NCBI GenBank assembly: GCA_937625935.1
Contig: OW569391.1
Location: 62,001-126,000 of the forward strand
Direction: 5' to 3'
DNA length: 64,000 nucleotides
Source: Tetramitus jugosus
Taxonomy: Eukaryota; Protista; Heterolobosea
Made by a program: the position numbers and the translations under genes. This document shows, in pieces, positions 21,902-30,767 of the stretch. Numbering within the stretch: the first letter of the stretch is position 1; every line of letters starts with the position of its first letter. The notes beneath the pieces are model-generated. The model was not told where the DNA came from. It saw nothing but the letters and a program-made list of their open reading frames with translations, and ran no database searches.

Positions 21902-23314
21902 TCACATTTGGTGTTTGAAGTTCAATTTCATTGGTGAACATGCAGCGAGAAGGCCAGTAATTTCGTCAAACATTCTCCGATATACGGCACGCTCATTCTC
22001 TCGTTGTTGTTTGATGAGTTGGTTGGTGCGTTCTAGCTCTTGTTGGAGTTGAATATGCTGAGGGTCAATCTCTATTGCTCTCTCGAGGTCCTGTATTGCC
22101 TTTTCGTGCTCTCCCAGAGCGTTGTATGCTGTGGCACGTCGGTAATATACTTTGACATCCAAAGCTTTGGATTCACAGTCCAGTGTCTTGGTACACATGT
22201 CAACAACGTGATTGTATTCCTTTGTTTGCAAAAGAGCTGCAGCGGCATTGCTGAACGCTACGGCTTTGAAATTGATTTCGAGCTCTCGTTTCTGATCCTC
22301 TGTCAGTTTGTGTTCACTCGATTCTACTGCGTCTACCAGCTGGTTGTATCGCTTCAGTGCCATATTGAATCTACTTGTTGCAAAGTATTGATTTCCCTCA
22401 TGCTTTAACGTGTTACATAGCGCTACTTTGTCACTGAATCCCATATTCCATATCGGTGGAGGTCTAACAAAGTCAATCAACTCGATTTCAAAGCAAAGAG
22501 TCTCAATCGTACCGTTCCGTACCTCTTCCAATGCACTCTTTACTCGTTCAGAATGCATCCAATAGCGTTTCTCTACATCTGATATCCCTTCGAGTTCAGA
22601 TGAATTCTTGTGGATGAAAAACAGCGACTTTTCACCTCGCTTCATATCACTGATCACACGTTCCAGTGTTGGATGAATCATTTCATCTCCATAGATGAAA
22701 CGCAATTCAGATGTCCGTTCAATCAATTCCATTGGCGAATCGCGACTGCTATTCTCATCAACAGAAACAGTAAATGTATCGTTGGGAACAACACGAGTCT
22801 GCCTAGATGCATAGACACCTACATTTACCGTCACAGTCATTCTTTCTTCTGCAGCCTTCTCCCATCCATCGCCCGATTTCACAATTTGCTTAATCATTGA
22901 CATGTCCTGCTTTTGAGACACGTCAGGATACGTCCAACCCATCAATTGCACATGAAAAATCAAATCGGCATTCGGTGGAATGTCCTTGCCAGCCCCTTTG
23001 AAACCATAGGCCCACTCAGAGTCAATCTCCAACACACATTCCTCATTCTTGTGCATGGTTGCAATGGCAACATCCCATCCCTTGATGACATCACCCTGCC
23101 CAAGGCAAAAGCTAAAGGGAACACCACGATCGATACTGCTATCGAATTGAACTCCAGTGCTCTTGATCTTTCCAGTGTAATGAACGGTGACTTTGCAGCC
23201 AGGTTGAGGGGTCAACAAGGAATGTTGTTGACTGTCGCTCTTTGTAATGGTTTTGAACAATTTTTGGGTACCATTGGATAGATCTTGCTTGACCTGTGCG
23301 ATGGTATCGTTCAT
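21902..23314 (-). CDS. FKBP-type peptidyl-prolyl isomerase with TPR repeats (FKBP4/5/ROF1-like Hsp90 co-chaperone)
   Basis: VTVHYTGK..FDSS.DRG.PF.F.LGQG.VIKGWD..AYG..IPPNADLIF; TPR motifs K.EGN.YF, KVYYRRA, DLERAIEIDP. Confidence 0.93.
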   Translation of the reverse strand: MNDTIAQVKQDLSNGTQKLFKTITKSDSQQHSLLTPQPGCKVTVHYTGKIKSTGVQFDSSIDRGVPFSFCLGQGDVIKGWDVAIATMHKNEECVLEIDSEWAYGFKGAGKDIPPNADLIFHVQLMGWTYPDVSQKQDMSMIKQIVKSGDGWEKAAEERMTVTVNVGVYASRQTRVVPNDTFTVSVDENSSRDSPMELIERTSELRFIYGDEMIHPTLERVISDMKRGEKSLFFIHKNSSELEGISDVEKRYWMHSERVKSALEEVRNGTIETLCFEIELIDFVRPPPIWNMGFSDKVALCNTLKHEGNQYFATSRFNMALKRYNQLVDAVESSEHKLTEDQKRELEINFKAVAFSNAAAALLQTKEYNHVVDMCTKTLDCESKALDVKVYYRRATAYNALGEHEKAIQDLERAIEIDPQHIQLQQELERTNQLIKQQRENERAVYRRMFDEITGLLAACSPMKLNFKHQM

Positions 23315-23444
23315 TCTGCTTGGTGTTGGATCTTTTTTTTTGGGCCGAGGAAAAAGATTTTCATGAACTTCAACGACGGCTTCTTTCGATTTAGAATTTT
23401 AAGAAAAAAGGGAACCTTTCATCGGAATAATATCACCCAAGAAA

Positions 23445-24191
23445 ATGCAGCAAGAAAACAATAGTGTTGGTGACAACAAACAAGCACAAGTGGTTCAAGA
23501 GCAAGTGCTAGAGAAATGGGTCGTCAAGTCCAGTCAACCTCTTGTTACGTCTCCTTGGATTTCTGTCTTCTCCGAAGTTATTCAAATTCCGACTCCTTCA
23601 AAAAATGACAATGGCTCACCGTCTGTAAAGATTATCGATCCATTCTATTACATCAAGGAACCAGATTGGGTGAGTATTGTTGCTTTGACTCCATCCAATC
23701 AAATCGTTCTCGTTCGACAATATCGTCGTGGTTGCGAAAAAGTGTTGCTAGAGCTGCCTGGTGGCTGTATCGATGAGAATGAAAAGCTACAACATTCATC
23801 GAATCAAGACTGTGCTCTGAATAGTGAAGAAACTGTGCCTAGTCACATCAAAATTCCAGTTAGAGCTGGATTGAGAGAACTAGAGGAAGAAACAGGGTTT
23901 CAAGTCGATTGGAGTCATCCTATTGTCGACTTGGGAAGCACATTGCCCGACTGCAATCGAAACTCGAGTATTGCATATGGTTACATGTGTCATGTGAAGA
24001 GTGAGTGCGCCACTGTGGAGCAACAATTGGATGAGAATGAGAATATTCATGTTGTTCTGATGGATGCCTCACAAGTGTACCAACAAATTTGTTTGAACAT
24101 ACAAGAGGCCATGTCACCTGTTCATATCATGTTTCTTTTTCGAGCTTTTGTACATTTAGGACAATTGCCTAGCACTATCCAACTGAATTAA
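23445..24191 (+). CDS. Nudix hydrolase (ADP-ribose pyrophosphatase-like)
   Basis: VLVRQYR..LELPGG..RELEEETG; QQLDENENIHV. Confidence 0.85.
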   Translation: MQQENNSVGDNKQAQVVQEQVLEKWVVKSSQPLVTSPWISVFSEVIQIPTPSKNDNGSPSVKIIDPFYYIKEPDWVSIVALTPSNQIVLVRQYRRGCEKVLLELPGGCIDENEKLQHSSNQDCALNSEETVPSHIKIPVRAGLRELEEETGFQVDWSHPIVDLGSTLPDCNRNSSIAYGYMCHVKSECATVEQQLDENENIHVVLMDASQVYQQICLNIQEAMSPVHIMFLFRAFVHLGQLPSTIQLN

Positions 24192-24328
24192 GTAAAAACG
24201 CCATTAACATTGGTTGTCATATTTCGCTGGACAGAGATGCTGATCAAGACAAAATTTCACAACGAGAAGATACCCAGATATTTTGAAGAAAGACGAAAGT
24301 ATCACGACCGATTTATTTTTCTGAACAA

Positions 24329-24853
24329 TTAAGTCTGTCCAACAATATTGCCATCAGCCCAAATTTCTTGGACAGTCTGGGCAAAGAAGGTAACTTCTTC
24401 ACTCAGTGGAATCTTTGGTGACACTCTGTTGTCTAGACTTATCTGGTGAATGGAAATAATCTTTGCGTTGATCAACTTCACAGTGTAGTAAATTTCTTCT
24501 GCCCCAGTTGCAGAAACTCTCCAGAAATTCAAGATGAAAGTGGTCAACAACTCATTTTGCACAAGTGCAGTCAACAATCTTGGTGATGATTTGTCAACAG
24601 GTTTGACAATATTGAGTGGTCTGACTTGAATTTTACCACTAGGTTGACCTGTAGCTGAATCTATTGGTGAGATGACGCTCCAATCATAAGCAACCACTTG
24701 AATTTGACCTTCTCTTCCCTTTTGTGTCACACTTCCTTGGATGTCACCCTGTTTGGCTCCTTTGAGTGTCAGAAAGGCGTTCAATTCAGAATGGCAGAAA
24801 GAGAGGAGTGTGAGGAGTAAGCAGAATGAAAGTAGAACAAGAGGTTTGTTCAT
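24329..24853 (-). CDS. hcp: Hcp/TssD-family (type VI secretion tube) protein with N-terminal signal peptide, copy 1
   Basis: AFLTLKGAKQGDIQGSVTQKGREGQI..SPIDSATGQPSGK..PLNIVKPVDKSSPRL..NE.L..YYTVKLINAKI..EEVTF; signal-like MNKPLVLLSFCLLLTLLSFCHS; AATAAA just downstream (minus strand, 24312-24317). Confidence 0.92.
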   Translation of the reverse strand: MNKPLVLLSFCLLLTLLSFCHSELNAFLTLKGAKQGDIQGSVTQKGREGQIQVVAYDWSVISPIDSATGQPSGKIQVRPLNIVKPVDKSSPRLLTALVQNELLTTFILNFWRVSATGAEEIYYTVKLINAKIISIHQISLDNRVSPKIPLSEEVTFFAQTVQEIWADGNIVGQT

Positions 24854-24938
24854 GGTTTGTTGTTTGGATTTAAGGTGATGGAGGGATGATAGAACATAGG
24901 GCACTTCTGGACTTCTGTCGTCTTCTGATCTAAATTAT

Positions 24939-25074
24939 TATTTGCGGACTCCCACAGCATCATTTGTGTAGCTGAATCGAGACAAGAACGATCTTCCGAA
25001 CGCTTGCAGAGATTGTATTGTTGAATTGGAATGCGCGAAATCTTGTGAGAGCGTTGTAAATATTTCAGGACATA
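24939..25074 (-). promoter_or_regulatory. Conserved upstream block of Hcp copy 1 (shared with 26042-26177)
   Basis: Near-identical ~90 bp core gaacgatcttccgaac...tatttcaggacata lies upstream of both Hcp genes while the intervening leaders differ. Confidence 0.55.
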
Positions 25075-25448
25075 CAGTAGGATATCGTATCGTGATTGGA
25101 GTTTCTGATATTGAAGGGAGAATCGGCAGTGAGGCAACAATTGATTCTCGTAGAATGTACCTGTCCAACAAATTGCCAAATTGCGAGAAAAATGGGCAAA
25201 GAGGACCGCAGAAGGGGAAGAACAAATGGAGCACTCAAGGCCAACCATACTTGGGGTTTGAGAGTATTTGCTGCATTTTAGATTACCGTACATTGACAAC
25301 AGGGTGTGGGTGAAGAGCAATAAGGACGATTGAAGGAACCGTTGAAAGAAGAGCGAAGAGATTGCTCGATACAATAGAATCAGGCTCAACTTCAAACCCA
25401 TTGCTAACAAAAACAAAGATATCAAGAGAAACTTATTTATATGAATAA

Positions 25449-25973
25449 TTAAGTTTGTCCAACAATATTACCATCAGCCCAAATTTCTTGGACAGTCTGG
25501 GCAATGAAGTTAACTTCCTCACTCAATGGGATCTTTGGTGACACTCTGTTGTCACGACTAATTTGATGAATGGAAATAATCTTTGCGTTAATCAACTTCA
25601 CAGTGTAGTAAATTTCTTCTGCCCCAGTTGCAGAAACTCTCCAGAAATTCAAGATGAAAGTGGTCAACAACTCATTTTGCACAAGTGCAGTCAACAATCT
25701 GGGCGATGATTTGTCAACTGGTTTGACAATCTGAAGTGGTCTGACTTGAATTTTACCACTAGGTTGACCTGTAGCTGAATCTATTGGTGAGATGACGCTC
25801 CAATCATAAGCAACCACTTGAATTTGACCTTCTCTTCCCTTTTGTGTCACACTTCCTTGGATGTCACCTTGTTTGGCTCCTTTGAGTGTCAGAAAGGCGT
25901 TCAATTCAGAATGGCAGAAAGAGAGGAGTGTGAGCAGCAAGAAAAATGAAAGTAACACAAGAGGTTTGTTCAT
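25449..25973 (-). CDS. hcp: Hcp/TssD-family protein with N-terminal signal peptide, copy 2
   Basis: Same length as copy 1, offset 1120 bp; 5 amino-acid differences plus several synonymous changes. Confidence 0.92.
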   Translation of the reverse strand: MNKPLVLLSFFLLLTLLSFCHSELNAFLTLKGAKQGDIQGSVTQKGREGQIQVVAYDWSVISPIDSATGQPSGKIQVRPLQIVKPVDKSSPRLLTALVQNELLTTFILNFWRVSATGAEEIYYTVKLINAKIISIHQISRDNRVSPKIPLSEEVNFIAQTVQEIWADGNIVGQT

Positions 25974-26041
25974 TGTTGTTGTGCTAGAAAGAAGATAATG
26001 AAAAGTCGACTCCTTTTCATTGTTCATCTAATCTTTTGTAG

Positions 26042-26177
26042 TATTTGTGGATACCCACAGCGTCGTTTGTGGTGCCACATTGAGATAAGAACGATCTTCC
26101 GAACACTTGCAGAGATTGTATTGTTGAATTGGAATGCGCGAAATCTTGTGAGAGCGTTGTAAATATTTCAGGACATA
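26042..26177 (-). promoter_or_regulatory. Conserved upstream block of Hcp copy 2, in the divergent intergenic region before 26302
   Basis: Direct repeat of 24939-25074. Confidence 0.55.
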
Positions 26178-26301
26178 TGATGGTCGGAATTTCTTTTCGC
26201 GATCGTTCAAGAATTCAAAAAAAGAAAGCACCCAACCAGAATGCCAGATAATACTGGATATTTGATGATTTTGGAGTTGACAAAACAAGAAACAAGCACA
26301 C

Positions 26302-27216
26302 ATGCCAAAGCAACAAAAGCTAAAGTATCACGTGGAGTGTGGCAAGCTACCCGGTAGGTTTTCCAAAGACGCAAATGGTAACTATATGAAGTGGCCACAC
26401 AAGGATGGTTACACACGAGTCAATGTCTGTTCCAGTGCCAGGAACAATTACAAAAACCTGAGTCCAATGATTCTTGGTCCTTATACCTACTACTGCACTG
26501 AAGTGGAGATCAAGGAAGGAAAACAAGAACCGACCATTCAAGTTTACAATCTGGAGAATTTATGGCAATTTTCAAAGATTTGGTCAACGAGTGAGATGGA
26601 TCTCTCCTATTTCAAGAAGCACGGGATTGAATTCGATGCCAAGAATGATGAACATTTGTCTCACGTGAAACCAAGTGCACTGTTTTACAAGAATCGACTC
26701 AAGGGATGGAAGGACAAGAAAGCTCACAGATTTGCACCACAAGCAAAGCTAATAACCAATGGAAATAGGCATGTTCCATTGTGTTCTTGGTGGAGAGGTA
26801 AATGCTATCGATATATTGAGTCAAGAAAGTCTGTTTATTGCCCAATCTATGAGCAATTGGCACGAAAGACAAGTGCATGGAAGGAATTGCAAGCATTGTC
26901 AGAAAAGGGTAATGTTTTGGTGATTGGATTTGATGGATACGAAGTTGGTGACAAGAGTTTGACTGATTACATGGAAAATGGACGTCGACCATTTGGACAT
27001 GAACTCGTGTTGGTGTCTATGCTGCGTGGAGAAAGGCACTGGAAAACTCTTGACAAGTTCGGTGATCCAATTGATGAAAAACACAATGAAGACTCTTCTA
27101 ATGACAACGAGAGTGATAGTGAGAGCAGCGATAGTGATGACGACAATGTAAATAATGACATCGGCAGCAGTGAGGATGACGAAAATGAAGGTGATTCTGT
27201 TGATAATGAACAATAA
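26302..27216 (+). CDS. DUF6939-like protein (bacterial/giant-virus-type family) with acidic tail
   Basis: VNVCSS..LSPM..LENLWQFSK..YIESRKSVYCPIY..VLVIGFDG..PFGHELVL resembles the DUF6939 pattern (DVTS..FSPF..VEGIWQ.LK..YIEARR.IY.P.Y..PLSH) as I recall it. Confidence 0.6.
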   Translation: MPKQQKLKYHVECGKLPGRFSKDANGNYMKWPHKDGYTRVNVCSSARNNYKNLSPMILGPYTYYCTEVEIKEGKQEPTIQVYNLENLWQFSKIWSTSEMDLSYFKKHGIEFDAKNDEHLSHVKPSALFYKNRLKGWKDKKAHRFAPQAKLITNGNRHVPLCSWWRGKCYRYIESRKSVYCPIYEQLARKTSAWKELQALSEKGNVLVIGFDGYEVGDKSLTDYMENGRRPFGHELVLVSMLRGERHWKTLDKFGDPIDEKHNEDSSNDNESDSESSDSDDDNVNNDIGSSEDDENEGDSVDNEQ

Positions 27217-27383
27217 AATGGAATCCCTTGTATATCAGGCTGTAATGCGCGATCTTCAACCTGATGCGCTGACTTTTCGGAGCCTCAGAAATTCGTCAAT
27301 TTTTTGCTCGAATCCGTTACGCATTCTCGAAAATAAAACACATAACACAGAATTTGATTGTTGCTGCATTCATTGATTGGACC

Positions 27384-30300
27384 ATGGTCACCTCAACCTT
27401 ACTAAAGCGAACTTCGACAAGCAACACCCCTCCCAAATCATCATCATCGGCAACCACTAGCAGCACTTCACCTCCCACTGCACAACGACCAACAAAATCC
27501 CGACCACCACTCAAACGATCACACCAACAATCTCAAAATGATGATCATTCAACCAATTATTATTGTAATACGAGTCATGCACCACCACCATCATCATCAT
27601 CACCATCACTACCGGTAACATCATCCACCACCATCACAACACCATTATTTAACAGCAACACAGCAGGAGCACAATCATCATGGATTCATTCATCTCCATT
27701 TTCATCATCAACATCATCATCACCGTCTACATCAACATCTTCTCCATCATCATTGTTTTCATCCTTATCCATACCAACGAGACATGTTCAATCAACTACA
27801 ACAACTTCAACAACAAGCACAAGCACTCCATCATTGAACAATAAGAAGAATAATAATAGTAAAAATCATGTGAGAAGGAAAATTGATCAGAAACATCTAA
27901 AGAAGAATAAGAAGGATCAAAACAAGGTTGTTGTTGCGAATACAACAACCACTGTCCCTAATACAACCAATAGTAATCATCATCGTCTCAACAATAACAA
28001 CAATAGCAGTAATAAGAAGAAGAGAAAGAGTAGTGTCATGGTGAATCAATACTATGATGAGGAGAGTGAAGAAGAAGAAGATGCAGAAGACACGGATGAC
28101 GAGAGTGATGAGAGTGATGACGACGATGATAGCGACGATGAAGATTATGTCGTTGAAAACAATGATAGTCAACAACGCACGACAACAACTGATGAAAATG
28201 ATGGCGCATCGGCGACACTTGCCAAACGGAAACGAAAACGTAAAAATCATACCGCCCCTGTCCATGCGGACACCACCGCCACTCCCCTCACAACCAATAC
28301 TTTGAATATTACTCCGCCTCCGATGATTTTTTGTAACAAGACCTTTACAACCAATACAAAATCATCTGTTGCTGCTAGTTCTGCTACCAATCAAAAACAG
28401 CAATGTGTATTCATCATGTATGATCCAGTAGAATACAAGGAAAATATTTATGAACGTCAAGAATTGATTCTGAATGATCATCAATTGTATCAACGACTCA
28501 ATGAGAAACAAGTACAAAAAATTCAACAAGGTCAACAACAACAACAACAATTATTCTCATCATCATCAACAACGAGTAGTAAAAATACGAAACAGCAACA
28601 AGAAAAACATGTGGCAACCACAAGTATGATACCCTTATGGGCACTTGAAATTTCAACTTCCAATATTAATAATGTGAATGATAATAATATTAATCATATT
28701 AATAATAATAATAGTGGTAGTAATGGTAGTAATGGTAGTGGCGGTGATTGTCAAGAAATTAAATCGAGAAGTGATTTGAGAGGAGTGATATTTGATTATG
28801 TGTCGAAAAATCGAATGAAAATTTTGGATATGTATCACGTACCGACTTATATGATCTCTCACATTTTATTCCCCATGGTTCATTCATCAAACTTGATTGA
28901 TTTTCATATGACAACTAGTAGTAGTAGTAGTAGTAGTAATACTGGTACTAGTAATACAAGTGCTAGTGGTGGTGGTAGTAGTAGTGTGAGTAATCCTCCA
29001 CCAAAACAAAAATTGACCGCAAATCAATCAATTTTGCTGAAAATTTTGAAGGAGAATATGGAATTGTTGTTTATTCATGTGCCCATCGCATCACTGTTGC
29101 CTCAATTGTTGGGCACTAATCATAATAATACTACTACTACTGATTACCATAACCATAATAGTCATAATGAGCATGATAAAATGAAAATGATCAATTTGTT
29201 CGAGTATGCATGTCAATATGGAACACCAGTGTTCTTTACGTCTCTGTTCACCATGATTGAAAAGTATTGTAGACAACAGATTAAACAAGAGAAAGGAACA
29301 ACAACGACTCATGAAAAGAAGAAGAGGAAAAAGAATGATTATGGAAAGAAACTGAATTCTAATACTGATAGTACTGTTGATGATGAGCATAGTCATAATG
29401 AACATGATGAAAATGAGGAACACTTGTGGCTCACGTATTTCAAGTCAAAATGGGATCAAGCGTTCAAGAGAGATAGTGAATCATTGATGAACTGTTCAAT
29501 GACTCAATCGTACATGCATGATTTAATGTCTGTTGTTTCTGTGGAGTTCAAGCAGAGGGACGAATGGCTGAAACAAGTACTTTCTCGATCTATACTGACC
29601 GTTCATCATGTCAATCCCATTGTCTCATCCAAATCTCCTTCGAAATCACCATCTCTGTCCTCATCCAAGTCTCCATCCAAGGTCACAACTACAGAATTAG
29701 TATTTCGAAAGGATTTGGTCCAGTTGGATCAACATGTCATTTCTCTCATTCAATCAAAGGACATTTCTGTTAATTTATTGGATGACTATGTCAAATTAGG
29801 ATTCAATGTGAATTCAATGAGTCAATCCGATTCAATTTATCTCAGGGATTGGGCTGTTAACTGGGCTGCTGAATCTGGTAGTTTAGAGATTGTGAAGAGA
29901 TTGGTGACGCATGGTGCTGTTATTACGCATGACTCCTCATCCATCTCCAGTCTTTTAGCGAATGAAAACTTGTGGAATCATCAGCAAATGCCCATTACAA
30001 GAACACTGAAGAAGCACATTTCATCGCAGAAGCAACAGGAACAAGAATCACACGTAAAGGCTCACTCAACGTTCTTGCATGCAGCTGTGTTAGGTAACAA
30101 TTTAGACATTGTCAAGTATGCAGTGAAAGAGTGTGGCTTCAATGTTTGTGATACGACAGATGCGGATGGGGACACTGCACTGGCCTACTGCTGTCACAAT
30201 AATAAGAGTCGGGAGATTGCAAAGTATCTAATGAAGAAGGGAGCGAGCGTGAATAGCGTTAACAATCAAGGCATGACACCAATGCACTTGGCAGCACAGG

Positions 30301-30767
30301 AAGCTCATCTGAATCAAGTCAAATTTTTAGTTCTTCACGGAGCATCGATCGACGAGAGAGCAAAAAACGGTAAAACGCCCTATCATCTCGCAGTGGAAGC
30401 CAAGAAACCTGACATTGAACTCATTCGTTTTCTGATTACTTCTGGTGTTAATGTCTACACCAGGGATAATCATAATAGCCCACCAGAAAAGGATGCCAAG
30501 GAAAGCGTGAAGCAAATGATCCGAAACACTCATGATCAAGTGAATAGCATTATTGCCATGACTGCCAAGAAATGTGAGGTGCAACAGGAGATTCTCCAAT
30601 CAGAAAATGACACTCTTAGGAAGGAATTGAATGATATAAAGGAGCGGTTGAAAAAACTGGAATGTATGGTCTCGCAACTTCAAGAGTCCTCGACTTCCTC
30701 TGCATCGATGAAAACGGACGATGACGAAGAGGAAGAGGAAGATGGAGTCATTGACCTCAATTTATAG
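27384..30767 (+). CDS. Ankyrin-repeat protein with long low-complexity N-terminus and C-terminal coiled coil
   Basis: WAAESGSLEIVKRLV, FLHAAVLGNNLDIVKY, GDTALAYCC, GMTPMHLAAQ, GKTPYHLAVE. Confidence 0.9.
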   Translation: MVTSTLLKRTSTSNTPPKSSSSATTSSTSPPTAQRPTKSRPPLKRSHQQSQNDDHSTNYYCNTSHAPPPSSSSPSLPVTSSTTITTPLFNSNTAGAQSSWIHSSPFSSSTSSSPSTSTSSPSSLFSSLSIPTRHVQSTTTTSTTSTSTPSLNNKKNNNSKNHVRRKIDQKHLKKNKKDQNKVVVANTTTTVPNTTNSNHHRLNNNNNSSNKKKRKSSVMVNQYYDEESEEEEDAEDTDDESDESDDDDDSDDEDYVVENNDSQQRTTTTDENDGASATLAKRKRKRKNHTAPVHADTTATPLTTNTLNITPPPMIFCNKTFTTNTKSSVAASSATNQKQQCVFIMYDPVEYKENIYERQELILNDHQLYQRLNEKQVQKIQQGQQQQQQLFSSSSTTSSKNTKQQQEKHVATTSMIPLWALEISTSNINNVNDNNINHINNNNSGSNGSNGSGGDCQEIKSRSDLRGVIFDYVSKNRMKILDMYHVPTYMISHILFPMVHSSNLIDFHMTTSSSSSSSNTGTSNTSASGGGSSSVSNPPPKQKLTANQSILLKILKENMELLFIHVPIASLLPQLLGTNHNNTTTTDYHNHNSHNEHDKMKMINLFEYACQYGTPVFFTSLFTMIEKYCRQQIKQEKGTTTTHEKKKRKKNDYGKKLNSNTDSTVDDEHSHNEHDENEEHLWLTYFKSKWDQAFKRDSESLMNCSMTQSYMHDLMSVVSVEFKQRDEWLKQVLSRSILTVHHVNPIVSSKSPSKSPSLSSSKSPSKVTTTELVFRKDLVQLDQHVISLIQSKDISVNLLDDYVKLGFNVNSMSQSDSIYLRDWAVNWAAESGSLEIVKRLVTHGAVITHDSSSISSLLANENLWNHQQMPITRTLKKHISSQKQQEQESHVKAHSTFLHAAVLGNNLDIVKYAVKECGFNVCDTTDADGDTALAYCCHNNKSREIAKYLMKKGASVNSVNNQGMTPMHLAAQEAHLNQVKFLVLHGASIDERAKNGKTPYHLAVEAKKPDIELIRFLITSGVNVYTRDNHNSPPEKDAKESVKQMIRNTHDQVNSIIAMTAKKCEVQQEILQSENDTLRKELNDIKERLKKLECMVSQLQESSTSSASMKTDDDEEEEEDGVIDLNL

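Noticed and set aside
24850-25425. ORFs between the Hcp copies (24850-25425 -, 25026-25313 +) as effector or immunity genes
   Set aside because: Non-ATG starts or overlap with the duplicated upstream block, no recognisable domain, and the frame is not kept as an equivalent gene in the second copy
24329-27216. A complete bacterial T6SS cluster or contaminant contig
   Set aside because: No tssB/C, vgrG, clpV or baseplate genes and no operon layout; eukaryotic genes with similar composition flank both sides. Read-level confirmation is still needed.
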